Assembly (NCBI GenBank): GCA_050575255.1
Contig: JBNZDD010013683.1
Coordinates: 897,282-961,281, forward strand
Length of the DNA stretch: 64,000 nt
Direction of reading: 5' to 3'
Origin: Harriotta raleighana
Lineage: Eukaryota
Shown here piece after piece: positions 40,500 through 53,715 of the stretch. The notes beneath the pieces are model-generated. The model was not told the DNA's origin. It saw only the letters and a list, made by a program, of their open reading frames with translations, and did not search any database. Every line of letters begins with the position of its first letter. Positions within the stretch are counted from its first letter, which is position 1. Both the position numbers and the translations under genes were made by a program.

Positions 40500-41300
40500 T
40501 ACTTGAGGTGCTTTACAGGATATTCTGCAAAGTGTCATGACTATGACTATGACTATGTCATGACAGTGGCAGCCAATTTGAGCACAGCAATGCCTCACAG
40601 TCATGAAGTGAATGACCACTTTTTTATTTTGGCGTATTCTTCATTAGGTCACTGGGTTGAAACTTCTTCTCTTTCAGAATACAGTAAAATCCGTGACTCG
40701 ATGAACCGGAAACCCTGTTGAAATGGAACCTCAAAACAAAAATCCTGATTCGATAAACCGGAAGTTATCCGGCAGAATAGTGATGACGCATTTAATGAAT
40801 CGATTGTCGCACACGGATACTGGTGCAGGTATTTCGGCTGGCCACTAGTCAAGTCTAAACTCGCTCCTGCTCCTTTTAAAAGTCGCTTTTTTTTTTACCT
40901 CCATCGATTGAGGGCTGCCATTGCGAAGTTAAGTAGAAATAATGAAGTACTAATACAATATTCTGTTATTAAATACTCTAATATTAATATGGTATGTGTT
41001 AAAATAAGTTTTTATTAAAAAAAATATTTAAACAAAACTATTCAAAACCATTTAAATACGTTTAACCGCCACTGGCCAGGTCCTGTGGATACCGGATAAA
41101 CAGAGTTTTACTGTAGTATAATGGGATCTTGAACAGATCCTGAACAGGCAGACAGGATCTCTCTTCAACAATCTCATCTGTAGGACGGCAACCTCTGAGA
41201 ATTGCATTATCAGCCTAGGGCATAATTTCAAAGTCCCAATATGAGACATGGGACTTGAATCCACAACTTTTTGAAGGGTGTTGCCAACTGAGCCATCAGA
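40500..41300 (-). mobile_element. Old long Deu-type SINE split by a MITE
   Basis: 40500-40680 ('gtggcagccaatttgagcacagcaa') continues at 41114-41300 ('gggatcttgaacagatcctgaacaggcagac...ggacttgaatccacaac'). Homologous to 55700-56115. Confidence 0.65.
40682..41113. mobile_element. Tc1/mariner (Tigger-like) MITE, 432 bp
   Basis: TA|cagtaaaatccg...cagagttttactg|TA. TA is duplicated and the host SINE is contiguous once the insert is removed. Confidence 0.75.
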
Positions 41301-43067
41301 GGCCTACAGTGTTAACCTCTTCTTGCACCATTAAGTTGCACTCCACATATCTGTGGTGTAATTGTGGCTTCTATCAGAATATAGGTGAGCAGAGAGCAAT
41401 ATTGCAGAGACGACCAAAATGGCACAAACAGGAGGACTTTCTGGAAGAGAAGTCTGGGCCATGTTACCGGGTATTGCCTTAGGAATAACAGAAGGTTGCT
41501 GATGTAACTGAGGTGATTAGCAAAATTCCCTGCCTCGGTTTCCACGGGAACCCTTTCGCAAAACAGCAGTATATGCGACAGATCTGCCCACACTTCGCAA
41601 TTTGCAAACTCTCTTTTTCAAACCACTTCTTCCATTGTATTGTGACAAATTGTGTATCCCCTGGGACATTGTAGTCCTGTTACTGTGTGTTATTATACAC
41701 TGTGCATCTTGTGAATAGCTGCATACGCCTGAGCTGTTTAATCTATCGGCATTTTACCTGCTGATAAATTAAGTCAGCTCTGAACCATAGAATAATGCGA
41801 AGTAGCAAGTTTCAAATAATAATAATAATCCTTAATATGTCCAGTGGCTTGGGACTCCGGACATGAAAGACTCTATACAAATGCCATGTTGTTGTTGTTG
41901 ATTTGGTAAAGCGTCTTTCACATTGCTCTCAAAGAAATTTACAAGATACTGTATACTGTAAAGTGCAGTGGATATGCGTTTCGTGGGGGAATGTGATGGC
42001 CAATTTCCACACAGCAAAGCCCCACACATTCTAAGTTGTAGTCACACTAAGAGCTTCAAATGATGACAAACAATGTTTATAAAACCCCAGGAAGATATAT
42101 AAAGATCAGCCGACATTTGATTCACATATATCACTGCGTAGGCTAGACATTGGAGCCTCATTATATCTATAAAATCCCAACCCACGTTATAGTGAGATAC
42201 AATAACTGATTTTCAGAGCTTTTCCCTGTGCATCAGCCACACAAGCCAGACTTTCGGGAGATCAGGTCACCACCGACATCACTTCTTTGCTGCCCCAAGT
42301 ATTAAATGACTGGTGGTGGCTATCTAATGGTCTGGAAGTTGTTCATTTTAATTAAACTCACGCTTAAGTCATCCTCCTGACATAAAAGACGCAATGTAAC
42401 TGTAAATTGTATGGTGCGTGAAAGAATGGGGGCTACACTGCGTATGATTTTTCACCAAATTTAAACAGGAAACAATCCACTTGCTGAGAAATCTGCAACT
42501 CACCAGAAAGTCATAACCCTTTATCGCTCCTTCGTCAATGAAAAAATACGCCGTCAATCAAAGTTTTTAAAAGAAAATGAGACAGTCAAACATCTCATTA
42601 GGAATCAGACTGAAGGTTATAGAGGTACGAAAAGTCAAAGATGATCGAATATTCTGAGGAGCGTGATGGTTCATCCCTGTGCTGCTGGTCTCAACCATTC
42701 AAATGTCATTGATGGAAAGCGGGAGGACAGAAAGGAATAATGGAGGCACATCCTGTACATGGATAGATGGTCTTTAGCTTCACTTCATTACCTTTAAGGT
42801 CAGGGAGATAGTTTACAGAACATTTCCTGCAGCAGATGAAATGCATAGGGCACATGGTGCCCAGTGTCTAGAAAGAACTGGTTGGGTAATTGGGCTTTCC
42901 CCAATTCCATACTTTCTCATTTGTGTGAAGGCAAGTGATTGATAGGAGAATGGGATCATACTGGATATTCAGCAGTGATCTAACACTTGTTCACTCGTTT
43001 TCAATCACTGTATCCCTGCCCCCTGCCACTCGCTTCCCAAATCAATTTGCCTTGCTGCCTCGGCTCC

Positions 43068-43220
43068 CGACTGTTTGTGGGACACTGCAGTGCGCAATTG
43101 GCTGCCGCGTTTCACCCACACTTAAACAGTCAATTCGCTTTCCAGTGTATTCTGTGAAGCACTTTGAGACGTCGATAAGATGTGAAAAGTGCTATATCAA
43201 ATGCAAGGATTATTATTATG
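43068..43220 (+). mobile_element. SINE 3' half
   Basis: 'ctgtttgtgggacactgcagtgcgcaattggctgccgcgtttc...aaatgcaaggattattatta'. Confidence 0.85.
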
Positions 43221-44305
43221 TTTGAATCTCTTATTTCCCTGGCTCCAGGTAAGATAAGAGTTGCCTTAAGCAAGGGGACGCAATAATAATAATCATAATC
43301 CTTGCATTTTGATGGAGCCAGAAGGATGTCCCGAAGCGCTTCATGGGATACACTGTAAATTGTAGCGACTGAAGGTGAGCATTGGAGAGTTACTTTGTGC
43401 TGCAGGGGGTAGGGGAGCTGGGGAGGGGAAGATGCAATTTCTAAAGTGGTAAATTTCTTAAGTTGATGTGAGAGAAAACTGGTTCATCAGGATCCGAGTG
43501 AGAGGGATAGATTAACAGTTTCCATTCTGCAAGTGGCCTTCTAGGAGATCCGACTGCTTCCTACCTGAGCTGGTCTGACACAGAATGGCTGTGAATGGAA
43601 GCTCCATGATCCTGCACAGACGTCAATGGTAAATCAGAGGGCTGTGTGCCCAGACTGCTCCTGCAGAGCACCCAGCTGCCAGGATAACTATACAATGGCA
43701 CCCCGTGCTAAAGGGGTGGTTAGGTGAACAATCGCATCCGGCTTGCGTATGAATGCAACACAAATGGAGGAGACTTCAAATTCTCCCTCCCTCGCTCACC
43801 TCTGTGCGGATTCTTGGGCTCTACCCGATGCCTTGCCTCCAAATCACTGAGATTCTGTCTCTGCCATTAAGAACCACTAGGCGATGCACTGTGTCGGGAG
43901 TTCTAAGGAAAGTGCCGTTCTGCAGTCTCATCAACGGCTTGGGAGATTTATTGGATCTATTGTCGCACCAGAAATGTTTTCAAAACTTGCTCTAAATACC
44001 AGACAGCTACAATATTATTCATGTTGATCGGCAATGTTGAATTTCCTCAATCATTCCATGTCATGCAAAAGACAAATTTACTTGCCTTTTGCTGGCATTC
44101 ATCACAGTGCGTGCTGGCACATGATAGACACAGAATGCTTGTGAAAAGGATCTGACTGCCCCATGTGGCAGCTTTGGCACAGGGTCATTTCATTCGCTGT
44201 GAAAGAGGGTTTGCACCAGGTCAAAGCCATAGGATTCCAACTTCAAAACTCCTCAACCAAATACTGTAACCGAATCTAATACAGTATGCGGTCATTTCAA
44301 TGCAT

Positions 44306-44715
44306 GGAGTACTGTAGCTCAGTGGTTGGAGCACTTGCCTTACAAGCTTGAGACTGTGTCCGAATCCAGGCAGGTCAGGGCGAAACCTTGGGTAGATTTC
44401 CTCACTTCACAAGCCTAAGAATAATCCCTCCAAAAAGAACACAATAATACAATTGGTCATTTCAATCCACAACTATTCATTGGACACTGCTTTGCGCAAT
44501 CGGCTGCCACATTTTGCCTGCAAGTATACAGTCAATTCACAGTACAGTATATTCTGTGAAGCGCTTTGAGACATCTAGAAGATGTGAAAAGCGCTACAGT
44601 ATATCCAATGCAAGGATTATTATATTATATGTCCTGTGAAGTATTTTGAGACATCTCAACAACATGATAAGGTTCTATATCAAATGCAAGGATTATTATA
44701 TTTATATTATATTAC
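44306..44715 (+). mobile_element. Full-length tRNA-derived SINE plus a second tandem tail
   Basis: Head 'ggagtactgtagctcagtggttggagcacttgcc', Deu-type core, tail ending ~44627, second tail ~44632-44715. Confidence 0.9.
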
Positions 44716-47107
44716 TACCAGGAATGTCCAGTAAAGCATAAATAAGTTCCGGTGACAGTGAAGCACAACCTTTTGTGCAATATCTGCTTAGACTTGGATT
44801 TAAAGTGCGTTGTTCTGAAATTATTTGAAAGGAGAAAGAACAGTAAAACATTTCAGAATTTGAATATTGCATTAAATATTTCACTGAATATCCCAAAAAT
44901 CTTTTCTAATATATTTTCGTCAGTGATGGTGGTGAGTGGGGGAGGGGGGTGAGCGCGGGTGGGAAGAGAAGGGATACAAGCGTGATCTTACATCTGCATC
45001 TAAATGTCTTACAGCCCCAAATTTGAGTCTTTCTCATATGCTTAAAGTGTACCGTCTATCTCTTCCCTGAGAGCAAACTGGAAATATTCTATCAACTTAT
45101 TTATCCTGTCATGATGATTTGCCATTATAATCACGCTTTAGCAAAGCCAACACATTTAGTGCAAAGAGGATTTTCTTCCCAGAAGCGTGCTTGACTACCT
45201 CAAACTGCATCTGAGTCAGTACACATGGATAGACCCAATTAATGGTGACTCCACACCTCAGCAGAGAAAGGCTCGTACCTCACAGCAATGCTTACAATTG
45301 TGTGAAACAGGACTAGGCAGTTTTTATTCCTGATCTGCAATGCAATAAATTCTGCATGGAATTTAAAAGTAAGCTTAACTAATTTCCAACCTGCCTCTGC
45401 CCCCCCACCCCTTCCCCACTAAAGACACTGGAGTTTGTTCTCTCCTCCACTCTACAATAATCATCCTACTCAGCACAGAATGCGAACAGAGTTAAGTGCT
45501 TTTGTAATGTGTGGCTCAGTTTTACTCTAGTCAGCAAATTCCTCAAGTGACCAATGCTGGGGGAAATGGACATTAATCTAGCTAACTTTAGAAATGACAG
45601 CGATGTACAGATCCAATCACAAAACTGCAGGATGACGGAACATTACACTACAATCTAGTTCTCATTGCCTGTGATGATAACTCAAAGCACTCCAGCAATA
45701 ATTAGGATTGATCAACCGAAAGAATTCCAGATCCAGCCATGCACTTTGAAGATCCTAACAAGTTCATGGTTCTTTGATTAAAACGGAGTAATTTGCATTT
45801 ACACAATTAATACCTTACATTACGCCGTCAAAGCCATGCTGTTCCCTCAGTTTCTTATCAACATGCTCAACTCAACCAGAAACTGAACAGGAACGCAGTT
45901 CAGAATCGTCCCATGCCATCAGTATTGGAATATACTGTACCACTTAGGTGAGGGCCAGTCAGGCAAATTGACCAATTTAATGCTGTCTACTAAGATTAGA
46001 ATAAGAAATTCTGTATTTGTGAGAACTTATAGAATCCTGGAAATTTACAGAACAAGGCCATTCAGTACATTGAGACTGCAATGGTTGTAAGAGCAAGATA
46101 TTCAATTCAATTTACAATATATTCTGCAAAGCACTTTGAGATGTCTCAACGTTGTGATAAAAGTGCTATAGCAAATGCAGGGATGATTATTATTATACAT
46201 TCAATCTCGCTGCCTTGCTTTATTCCCAATCCCTTCAAGCTCTATGGTTCTAATACATGACTATAGTACTTCCCTCTTAATGCCAGTCGTGGACTCTCCC
46301 ATCTTACTGGGCAGGGCATTCCGCATCCCCAAAACTATCTGAGTGAAGACATTTTGCCCGACTCTGCTACCAGTGGAATTCAAAACATTTACCGCCAGTA
46401 GAAGGCTGGGGTGTTTTAAAGATGTGAAATTTACCATTCTGCTCAGTATAGGAAGTTGACTGTTTGCCATCATTTCTTTTATTCTGATTGATTATTGTTT
46501 TACTGCCGTCGAAAAATAAAATGAGAAAAAAAAATACTTCCATACATTAATCTGGCTCCTTACAAAATCAGCGCTCGTACGACAGTGCGGCTCTTGAAAC
46601 GTGACACACAAGGGACAATAGCTACACTGTGGTCATGGTGAGGTTCTACACCAAGGTCACTTGTCTGAGCAGGCGAGCAAAATCAATACTTCAAATGTAA
46701 ATATCATCCAATCGGTGGGACTCAATATTCTTAGCAGGTCATAACTTGAAAAGTCGAACACTCGATTGCACCATTGCACAGGACACAAAGCGCTGTCCTC
46801 TTCAGGATACGCTTCAACAGACCACCAGTGTGGGCATGACCACAGAAGATCAAACTCAAGTTTGTTTTTGTTGCCAAGCGATTTAAATATGTTGTTAAAA
46901 AAAAATTACATGTCATCCATTTCATGAATACTCATTGTCGACCCTACTCGGAATACTCTTGAGACTAAATGCAAGTTAAATGCAAGTTGTTGTTGATGGC
47001 AGCCCTTTTCAGTTTCAAGCACGCACGGTAAATAGCGTGACACTAAAACACAACAGCAGCAACTTGCATTTACATAGCTCTCTTCATATGTGTAGAGACC
47101 CATAGGG

Positions 47108-47332
47108 CTTTACAGTGGTGGTGTTTGACAACTTCTGTCCATAATAATAATCCTTGCATTTGATACAGCGCTTTTCACATCTTCTAGTNACTTTACAGTG
47201 GTGGTGTTTGACAACTTCTGTCCATAATAATCCTTGCATTTGATACAGCGCTTTTCACATCTTCTAGTCTCAAAGCACTTCACAGAATATACTGCAAAGT
47301 GAACTGACTGTAACATTTCTGGGTGAAACATG
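47108..47332 (-). mobile_element. SINE tail with an ~80-bp duplication around n at 47189
   Basis: 47108-47188 repeats at 47191-47268 with one fewer ATA unit. The sequence is the reverse complement of the SINE tail. Confidence 0.8.
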
Positions 47333-48689
47333 GTACTTATTACAAAATGTGCCACCTTCTCACTTCAATAGCGAATGTGTCTGATAGCAGGTTAGTTGAT
47401 TTAGAGCATAAGAGTAGAAGAATATGGATTTTGGAATTATAAAGATTAAATATTAAAAAGATGGATTAGACATAAGAAGAATTTGCAAAAGTCCAGTAGA
47501 TAGACGTAACATACTCCCAGCAAAAGTTTATCTATAGTTTGGCCGTGGAATCTCATCTCTTCTATTTTCTGCCGCTGGATCTGCTTTTCAGACTAATATT
47601 TTGGCATCTGAGGTGAAAATGTAGCGGTGGATGAAAGCATATCGAAGCTAAAAGTGGCACAACATTCACAACATTGCAGACAGTTTACTTGAAACATTTG
47701 TGTAAGTTTTTTTTTGTAAAAGCAAAACTAGCACACTGTACCCGCATTCTATACCCCAATTCTATGAGGTAAACTTGGCTATACATTGGCATGTAACAAT
47801 GAGGTCTTATTGCTGCAGGACTGTTTTCATTGTGGTGGGAGGGGGAGGGGATGCTATTTTATATATTCTTTGCTCTTCTACATTGAGCAGCAAAACACTT
47901 CATGACTGGTGAGCCTCATTTTGTGCCAGAGCTAAAAATATCATATCAGACCAGTCAAGTTGAGTTAGTCCATTTTCACTGCAATATTCATCGAGTAATG
48001 AAAGTAGCACAATGGTTTGTAACCCTGACTTGGTGTACGTTTTATTCACCGCACATATTGTACAAGCCATAAGCCTTAACTGACTGACCTGGCAGCGAGA
48101 CTGAGTCTTGCACATTTCGGTAGCATCAGAAATGCGGTACCCTTTGACACCAATCTCCCAACGGCTGGGAGGGCATGCAAGCTTCACGGAAACCAAGTGA
48201 GAAACGTGCTGACAAATTAGCTTGTTGCAGTTATCCATCCCATCCCTCGCCATCTGTCTTTTTCAGCAAATTTGCTTTTTTCCCTCCTTTTCTTTTACTC
48301 GGCCCATCACCAACCGGATGACACAAACTGCATTACTTTTGCTTGGTGATGGAAGGAGAGAATATTGTTATAATAAGCACAGACCGTGCTTATCTCTCCC
48401 CGAGACAACACCTCTTACAGCACTCTACACAATACAATCTACAGAATGAATCAATGAGTGGAAGACAATTGAAGTTACTCATCCAAACTACGTACAAATT
48501 GACTGTCAGGTAGGCTGATGAATTCTACCCTTGACCTTTTTGTTACATGTCAACTACTCCTATAGAGAACATCACTTGCATTACATCCTGAAGAATGCTG
48601 CTGCCTCACCACAGTGCAGCGATCAAGTCCCTGCAACCCATTTTCCCCCCTCTTTGATACAATAGGCTTCAGAAATAATGTGCTGTATT

Positions 48690-48850
48690 AGACTGTATTC
48701 TTTGTCTCCCATGTCCTGCCTTCCACCACCACCCCCACGCCCCTCTAATGTCCTTAAAAACTCTCGCTCCAAACACTCCCCAGTTCTGATGAACAGCAAC
48801 TTCTGTTTTTGTTTCATATTCCCAGCATCTGTAGTATTTTGTGTTTTGTT
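48690..48850 (+). mobile_element. Second Penelope-type remnant with the hammerhead region deleted
   Basis: 'cagttctgatgaa' is joined directly to 'cagcaacttctgtttttgtttca...gtagtattttg', matching the two ends of 5360-5497. Confidence 0.5.
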
Positions 48851-49029
48851 CACATTATACAGTATACTGTTGGGCAATTATCAAAATGATATGAAGTGTC
48901 AGGATTGTTAGCAAAGGAAAGCAAAATGTTTGAAGATTCAGATAGAATTTACAATATACGCAAATGTCAGATTGCATAATTGTCAGAGAGCAAATTGTGT
49001 ATCGCAAGTTAGCAATGTCTGAACAAACC

Positions 49030-49460
49030 ACAACAAACAACAAAATTACATTTGAATAGCTCGTTTCAGGTTGGGAGGACATCCCAAGGAACTGGACAGT
49101 CAATGTTTCAGACCTAAGATGGGGTCGGTATTGGGGAGGGTGGAGGGAAAGGAGGGGATTTGGGGTGACCGACTGGACCGTCAAAGAGGAGAGTCTTGAG
49201 GCAGAACTTGAAGGAGGCTAGGGAGGGTACGAAATGGAGGGACTGCACGATGGAATTCTAGAGATTGTGGGCAGAGTGGTTGAAAGTTTGCCCCCCAATG
49301 GTGAGGTGGGTGGTTCAGAGGACGTGGAGCAGGCCGGAGTCTGCTGAGCAGAGAGTGCGGGCAGGTTGGTAGGTGGTTAGTAGGTCGCAAAGTAGGGTGG
49401 GGCAAGGCCATGGAGGGCTTTGAAGGTGTGGACCAGGTCCTTGAATTGAATCCTCTGGGT
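49030..49460 (-). mobile_element. L2 LINE 3' end (ORF2 C-terminus, 3' UTR and tail)
   Basis: Reverse complement encodes FKALHGLAPPY, a typical L2 ORF2 C-terminal motif, and ends 'aatgtaattttgttgtttgttg'. Confidence 0.8.
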
Positions 49461-49633
49461 GATGAAAGAGAGTAAAGGAAGCGACTAAACAGATAATTGC
49501 AATCTACAAACTATGATTAACTCAAAAACTCCAATCTGTGAATAATGCAATCTAGGCCCCACTGTCAAAAATTTAAAGCAAGTTATTATTATTTGAGTGT
49601 TTTCAGTGTATTTTGTTAAAACCTCAGTAAGCG

Positions 49634-50856
49634 TGTGAATCAGTAGATGTAGTCTATTTGGACTTCCAGAAGACATTTGATAAGGTGCCACATAAAAGGT
49701 TGATTCAAAAGATAGGGCCTTACAGAATTGGGGGAACATATTAACATGGATTAGGGAATGTTTAACGGGTTGGAATCAAAGAGTAGGGATAAACGGGTCC
49801 TTCTCAGATTGGCGGGATGTAACTAGTGGAGTGCCACAAAGATTGGGTCTCAGCTATTTACCATCTACATCAACGATCTAGATAAGGACATCGAGCTTAA
49901 TATATCTAAATTTGCTGATGATACGAAACTAGGAGGAAGCGTTAATACCAAGGATGACATTAAAAAAATGCAGCGCGATATAGATAGGTAGGTGGCAGAT
50001 GAAGTATAATGTAGGGAAGTGCAAAGTCATCCACCTAGGTCGCAAAAACATTAGAGCAGGTTATTTTTTAGAGAGGGGGAGAGATTGGAAAGTGTTAGCG
50101 TGCAGAGGGACTTACCTTGTACACCAAACACAGAAAGTTAGTATGCAGGTGCAGCAGGCAATTAGGAAGGCTAATGGTATGTTAGCTTTCATTATGAGAG
50201 GGTTAGAATATAAGAGTAGGGAAGTCTTGCTGCAGCTGTATAGACCACACCTGGAATATTGTATGCACTTTTGGTCTCCTTATTTAAGAAAGGATGTACT
50301 TGCCTTGGAGGGAGTGCAGTATAGGTTTACTAGGTTAATACTTGGAATGAGGGGGATGAGTTATGATGATAGGTTGATTAATTTGGGTCTATATTCTCTG
50401 GAATATAGAAGAATTAGAGGGGATCTTATAGAAACCTATAAGATTATTAAGGGGCACGACAAAGTAGATAGTGGGAAATTGTTTCCCCTGGTTGGAGAAT
50501 CTAAAACCAGGGGTCACAGTCTTAAAGTTAGGGGTCAGCCCTTTCACACTGAGTTGAGAAAATCTTCTTCACTCAGAGGGTGGTGGATGTATGAAATTCT
50601 TTACCCCAAAGGGCCGTTTATGCTCAGTCCTTGAACATATTCAAGACTGAGTTAGATAGATTTCTCATTTATAAAGGGATTTCTCATTTCCCCTATTCTT
50701 ATACTCTAACCCTTTCATAATGAAAGGATTTATATGGGGATAAGGCAGGGTAGCTGGAGTTAGAGCAGAATATCAGCCATGATTGAATGGTGGGGCCGAT
50801 GGGCCAAATGGCCTACCCCTGCTCCTATTTCTTATGTTCTTACGTTCTTATGTTCT
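49634..50856 (+). mobile_element. CR1 LINE, 5'-truncated, with a degenerate reverse transcriptase
   Basis: Motifs LDFQKTFDKVPH, ISKFADDTKLGG, RPHLEYC and RRIRGDLIETYKI, with frameshifts. Tail 'ttcttatgttcttacgttcttatgttct'. Candidate TSD TAAGCG. Confidence 0.93.
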
Positions 50857-53199
50857 AAGCGCAGTTAAAGTCAAGTGATATTCGTTAAGACTTTGCAACA
50901 ATACTAAATGTGTTATTATAGTGAATCTTTACACATGAATTAGCTTCATATTCATTCTCTACAATGAATAATCCACCCCATGAAAACGTTTACAGTGCAC
51001 TTCTTTAGTTAACCCACCAGGGACCACACTTGGAATATAGAAAAGGATCCCACTGCACTGGCCAGTGTTCTATCCCTCTCTAACACTATCCAACTGGGAC
51101 TGGCAATCCAAGCCTATGGATTGGAAGTCAATGGAGAATAGAATTCAAACTTACTGTCACATCTCCTAAAGGAGACTCAGTACTATTGTAGCCCTAGTTC
51201 TGCTTTTCTTTTTTAAAAAAAAATAACAGGAGGATTTTGATTAGATAGGAATTTGTTTCGTTCAACACCAGATTTGTTTTGCATCTCAACAACCACTGTG
51301 AAGTCGAGCCTCGCTGACAATATTGGGAAACGGATGAAAATTGGCTCATTAGAGGATACATTCACATTTCAATCAAATGACAATGAATTTAGTGGTGAGG
51401 GTTTACCTGGTGTTAGAACAACAGCAAAGCCCATTTTTATCACTGGGCACATCCACTTTCTCTTGCATTAAATATTTAGGAATTAGAACATGTATGCTTG
51501 TCTCAAGTTTTAGTGTCAAAGCACAGGCAGTAAATAATTGAAATCCCAGGAAAAATATGCCAATGTCTTCAAATATTCATTGCTAATAATTATTATTATT
51601 AATGACCATTTATTATAATTATTCTGAGTTCACCAGCACTATCCATTATGCATAATTATGTATATATTTTCTTATGAACAGAAATGTTATCTGAAGTTAT
51701 CTGAAGAAACATGTGGCAATCAGACCTGGATATTGCGACATATATGTATGTATTTGCGTACACATAGATGGGGGAATATATTTCTTCTTTATATTCACAA
51801 TTGACATTTATTTCCCTATATGGCTGCGGCGACATTGGCAGCCAGAACCCTGTGTAACTCAATCACATTCTCTCAGTAAATCTGGGTGATATTCTCTCCC
51901 TGACAGTTTGACATACTCATGATTTGTTGAATCCCCATTTAACAATTACATTGAAACTTTGAAGACCAGTAATAATATCCACCTGAGAAGCTGTAGGAAA
52001 AGGGTTCAGTGTTGGAGGAATGAGCTATGCACGACAATTAGAGATGCTAGATGGGACTTCTCAGGCTTGAAAGGTAACATCTCAGAGGGGATCTTATATA
52101 GGTATCTAAGAATTAAAATGGGCGAGAGGGAGGGAGTAAACACAGAACAATATTCTCAAATCCACAGAATAGGAGGCCACAAATTCAGCATCGCAAAGAG
52201 TAATTTCAGGGCAGACACTAGGATATATTGCGTTAGCTGGGAGCAATTAAAAGCTGTAACGGGACAGCAGGAAAGATGATTGATTGAATATTGTGATGAG
52301 AGAACAGGGTGTTCTAGAAGTTTGAGATCAAACAGGCTGAATGATCCTCAACCAAATAGATCTTTTGAATCCTATTTTTTCTTCGGACGAGGGAGCAAAG
52401 GTGGAAGATGTGTGTATGTGTTGGTGGGGGAGGGAGTGGCAGTCTGGAAGTGGGAGGGGGAGAGTCGATGGATGAAGAGGAAATCCTGGTACTTGGTTCC
52501 AGAAGAGCTAAGCGCCATTTGAAAGCCAAGGTCAAAGTTGGCCCAGCAAATTGTAGACTATGATGAATCCTCATTTTACCAGCACAGTGCCTCATTAAAA
52601 GTACTGTCGTATGGGAGGACAATTCAGAAATTCTGTTGAGTTGATCTTAATTGCAATCCCAGAATCCAGAAATATAAATCATGTATTGTATGAAGATTTT
52701 TAGCCTCGGTCAGTAATAGATTTGCTGTAATGCACAATTTTGTGGATTTTGCCGAGAGACTTTTAAAATTATTACTTTTTGCATCGATCACTGTGAGACG
52801 GGCAGACCGAGCACTGGATGCTGAGTACCGTTAATGAGGAACATTGCAGCTAGCAGTACATCTTCGGTAGTGATATCAAATAGCTTCATATCATCTTTAA
52901 TTTCCTAATTCTTTTCATTTCTATTCCCGAAGGCAACCATTTATCTTATTGCTGCGGTATCAAAATGAGGCATCTGCCTGTGTAATTGGCCATGCCTGTT
53001 CCCAGCTAAAATCAGCAATGCATTTTACTTATTTCAGTCAAAAGACGACACAGATAACCACAGAACCACAAAGTAACCGTTTTCCTGCATGGTTTAAAGC
53101 GTTCCAGTGCCCTGAGTAGTTTTACATTCTAACAATCCCTATATTCCTGTGTGGGATTATTTTTTTCCTTTTACATAGTGCATTTCACAGGAGGAAATT

Positions 53200-53715
53200 G
53201 CAAAGAACTTCACAGAATTTAATGCGAAGGGCAGTAACTGTTTTTTTTTGTAGGCAAGTCACGTTTTCACAAGGCAATGTCCCATGAATAGCCATGAAAT
53301 GAGAGACAAATTTGATTCGGGGCAATGTAAGCCTGGTCAATGGGCAAAACTCCCTTCTCTTTGAGTAGTGCCTTTGGATCTGTAAAAGGCCACCTGAACA
53401 GGCAGATGGGTCCTTAAGAACATAAGAAATAGGAGCAGCAGTAGGCCATTCGTCCCATCGAGCCTGCCCCGCCATTCAATCATGGCTGATATTCTACTCT
53501 TACTCCAGCTACCTGCCTTATCCCCATACCCTTTAATCCCTTTATAAATGAGAAATCTATCTAACTCAGTCTTGAATATGTTCATGTCCTTGATTTAACG
53601 CCTCATTCAAATGATGGGAGCTGCAGCACTCCCTCAGCACTGCACTGGAGTATCAGCCTAGACTATGATTTCAATATAATGTACTGATGTGGGGCTTGAA
53701 CCTGCAAGCCAGCCT
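53200..53715 (-). mobile_element. Old long Deu-type SINE interrupted by a CR1 3' fragment
   Basis: 'cacctgaacaggcagatgggtcctt' resumes as 'gtccttgatttaacgcctcattc...cagcactccctcagcactgcactgg...ggggcttgaacc'. Confidence 0.7.
53416..53585 (-). mobile_element. CR1 3' UTR fragment, 170 bp
   Basis: Highly similar to the reverse complement of 50633-50841. Flanked by a GTCCTT duplication. Confidence 0.9.

Noticed and set aside
10029-47268. Direct duplications around single n bases (10079, 24075, 26886, 47189) considered as biological repeats or CRISPR-like units
   Set aside because: Each is two near-identical copies around an n, differing at most in homopolymer or microsatellite length. This is typical of unmerged contig overlaps. 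There is no repeat-spacer array and no cas gene.
49999-50634. 211-aa ORF considered as a host gene
   Set aside because: It is a frameshifted CR1 ORF2 fragment.
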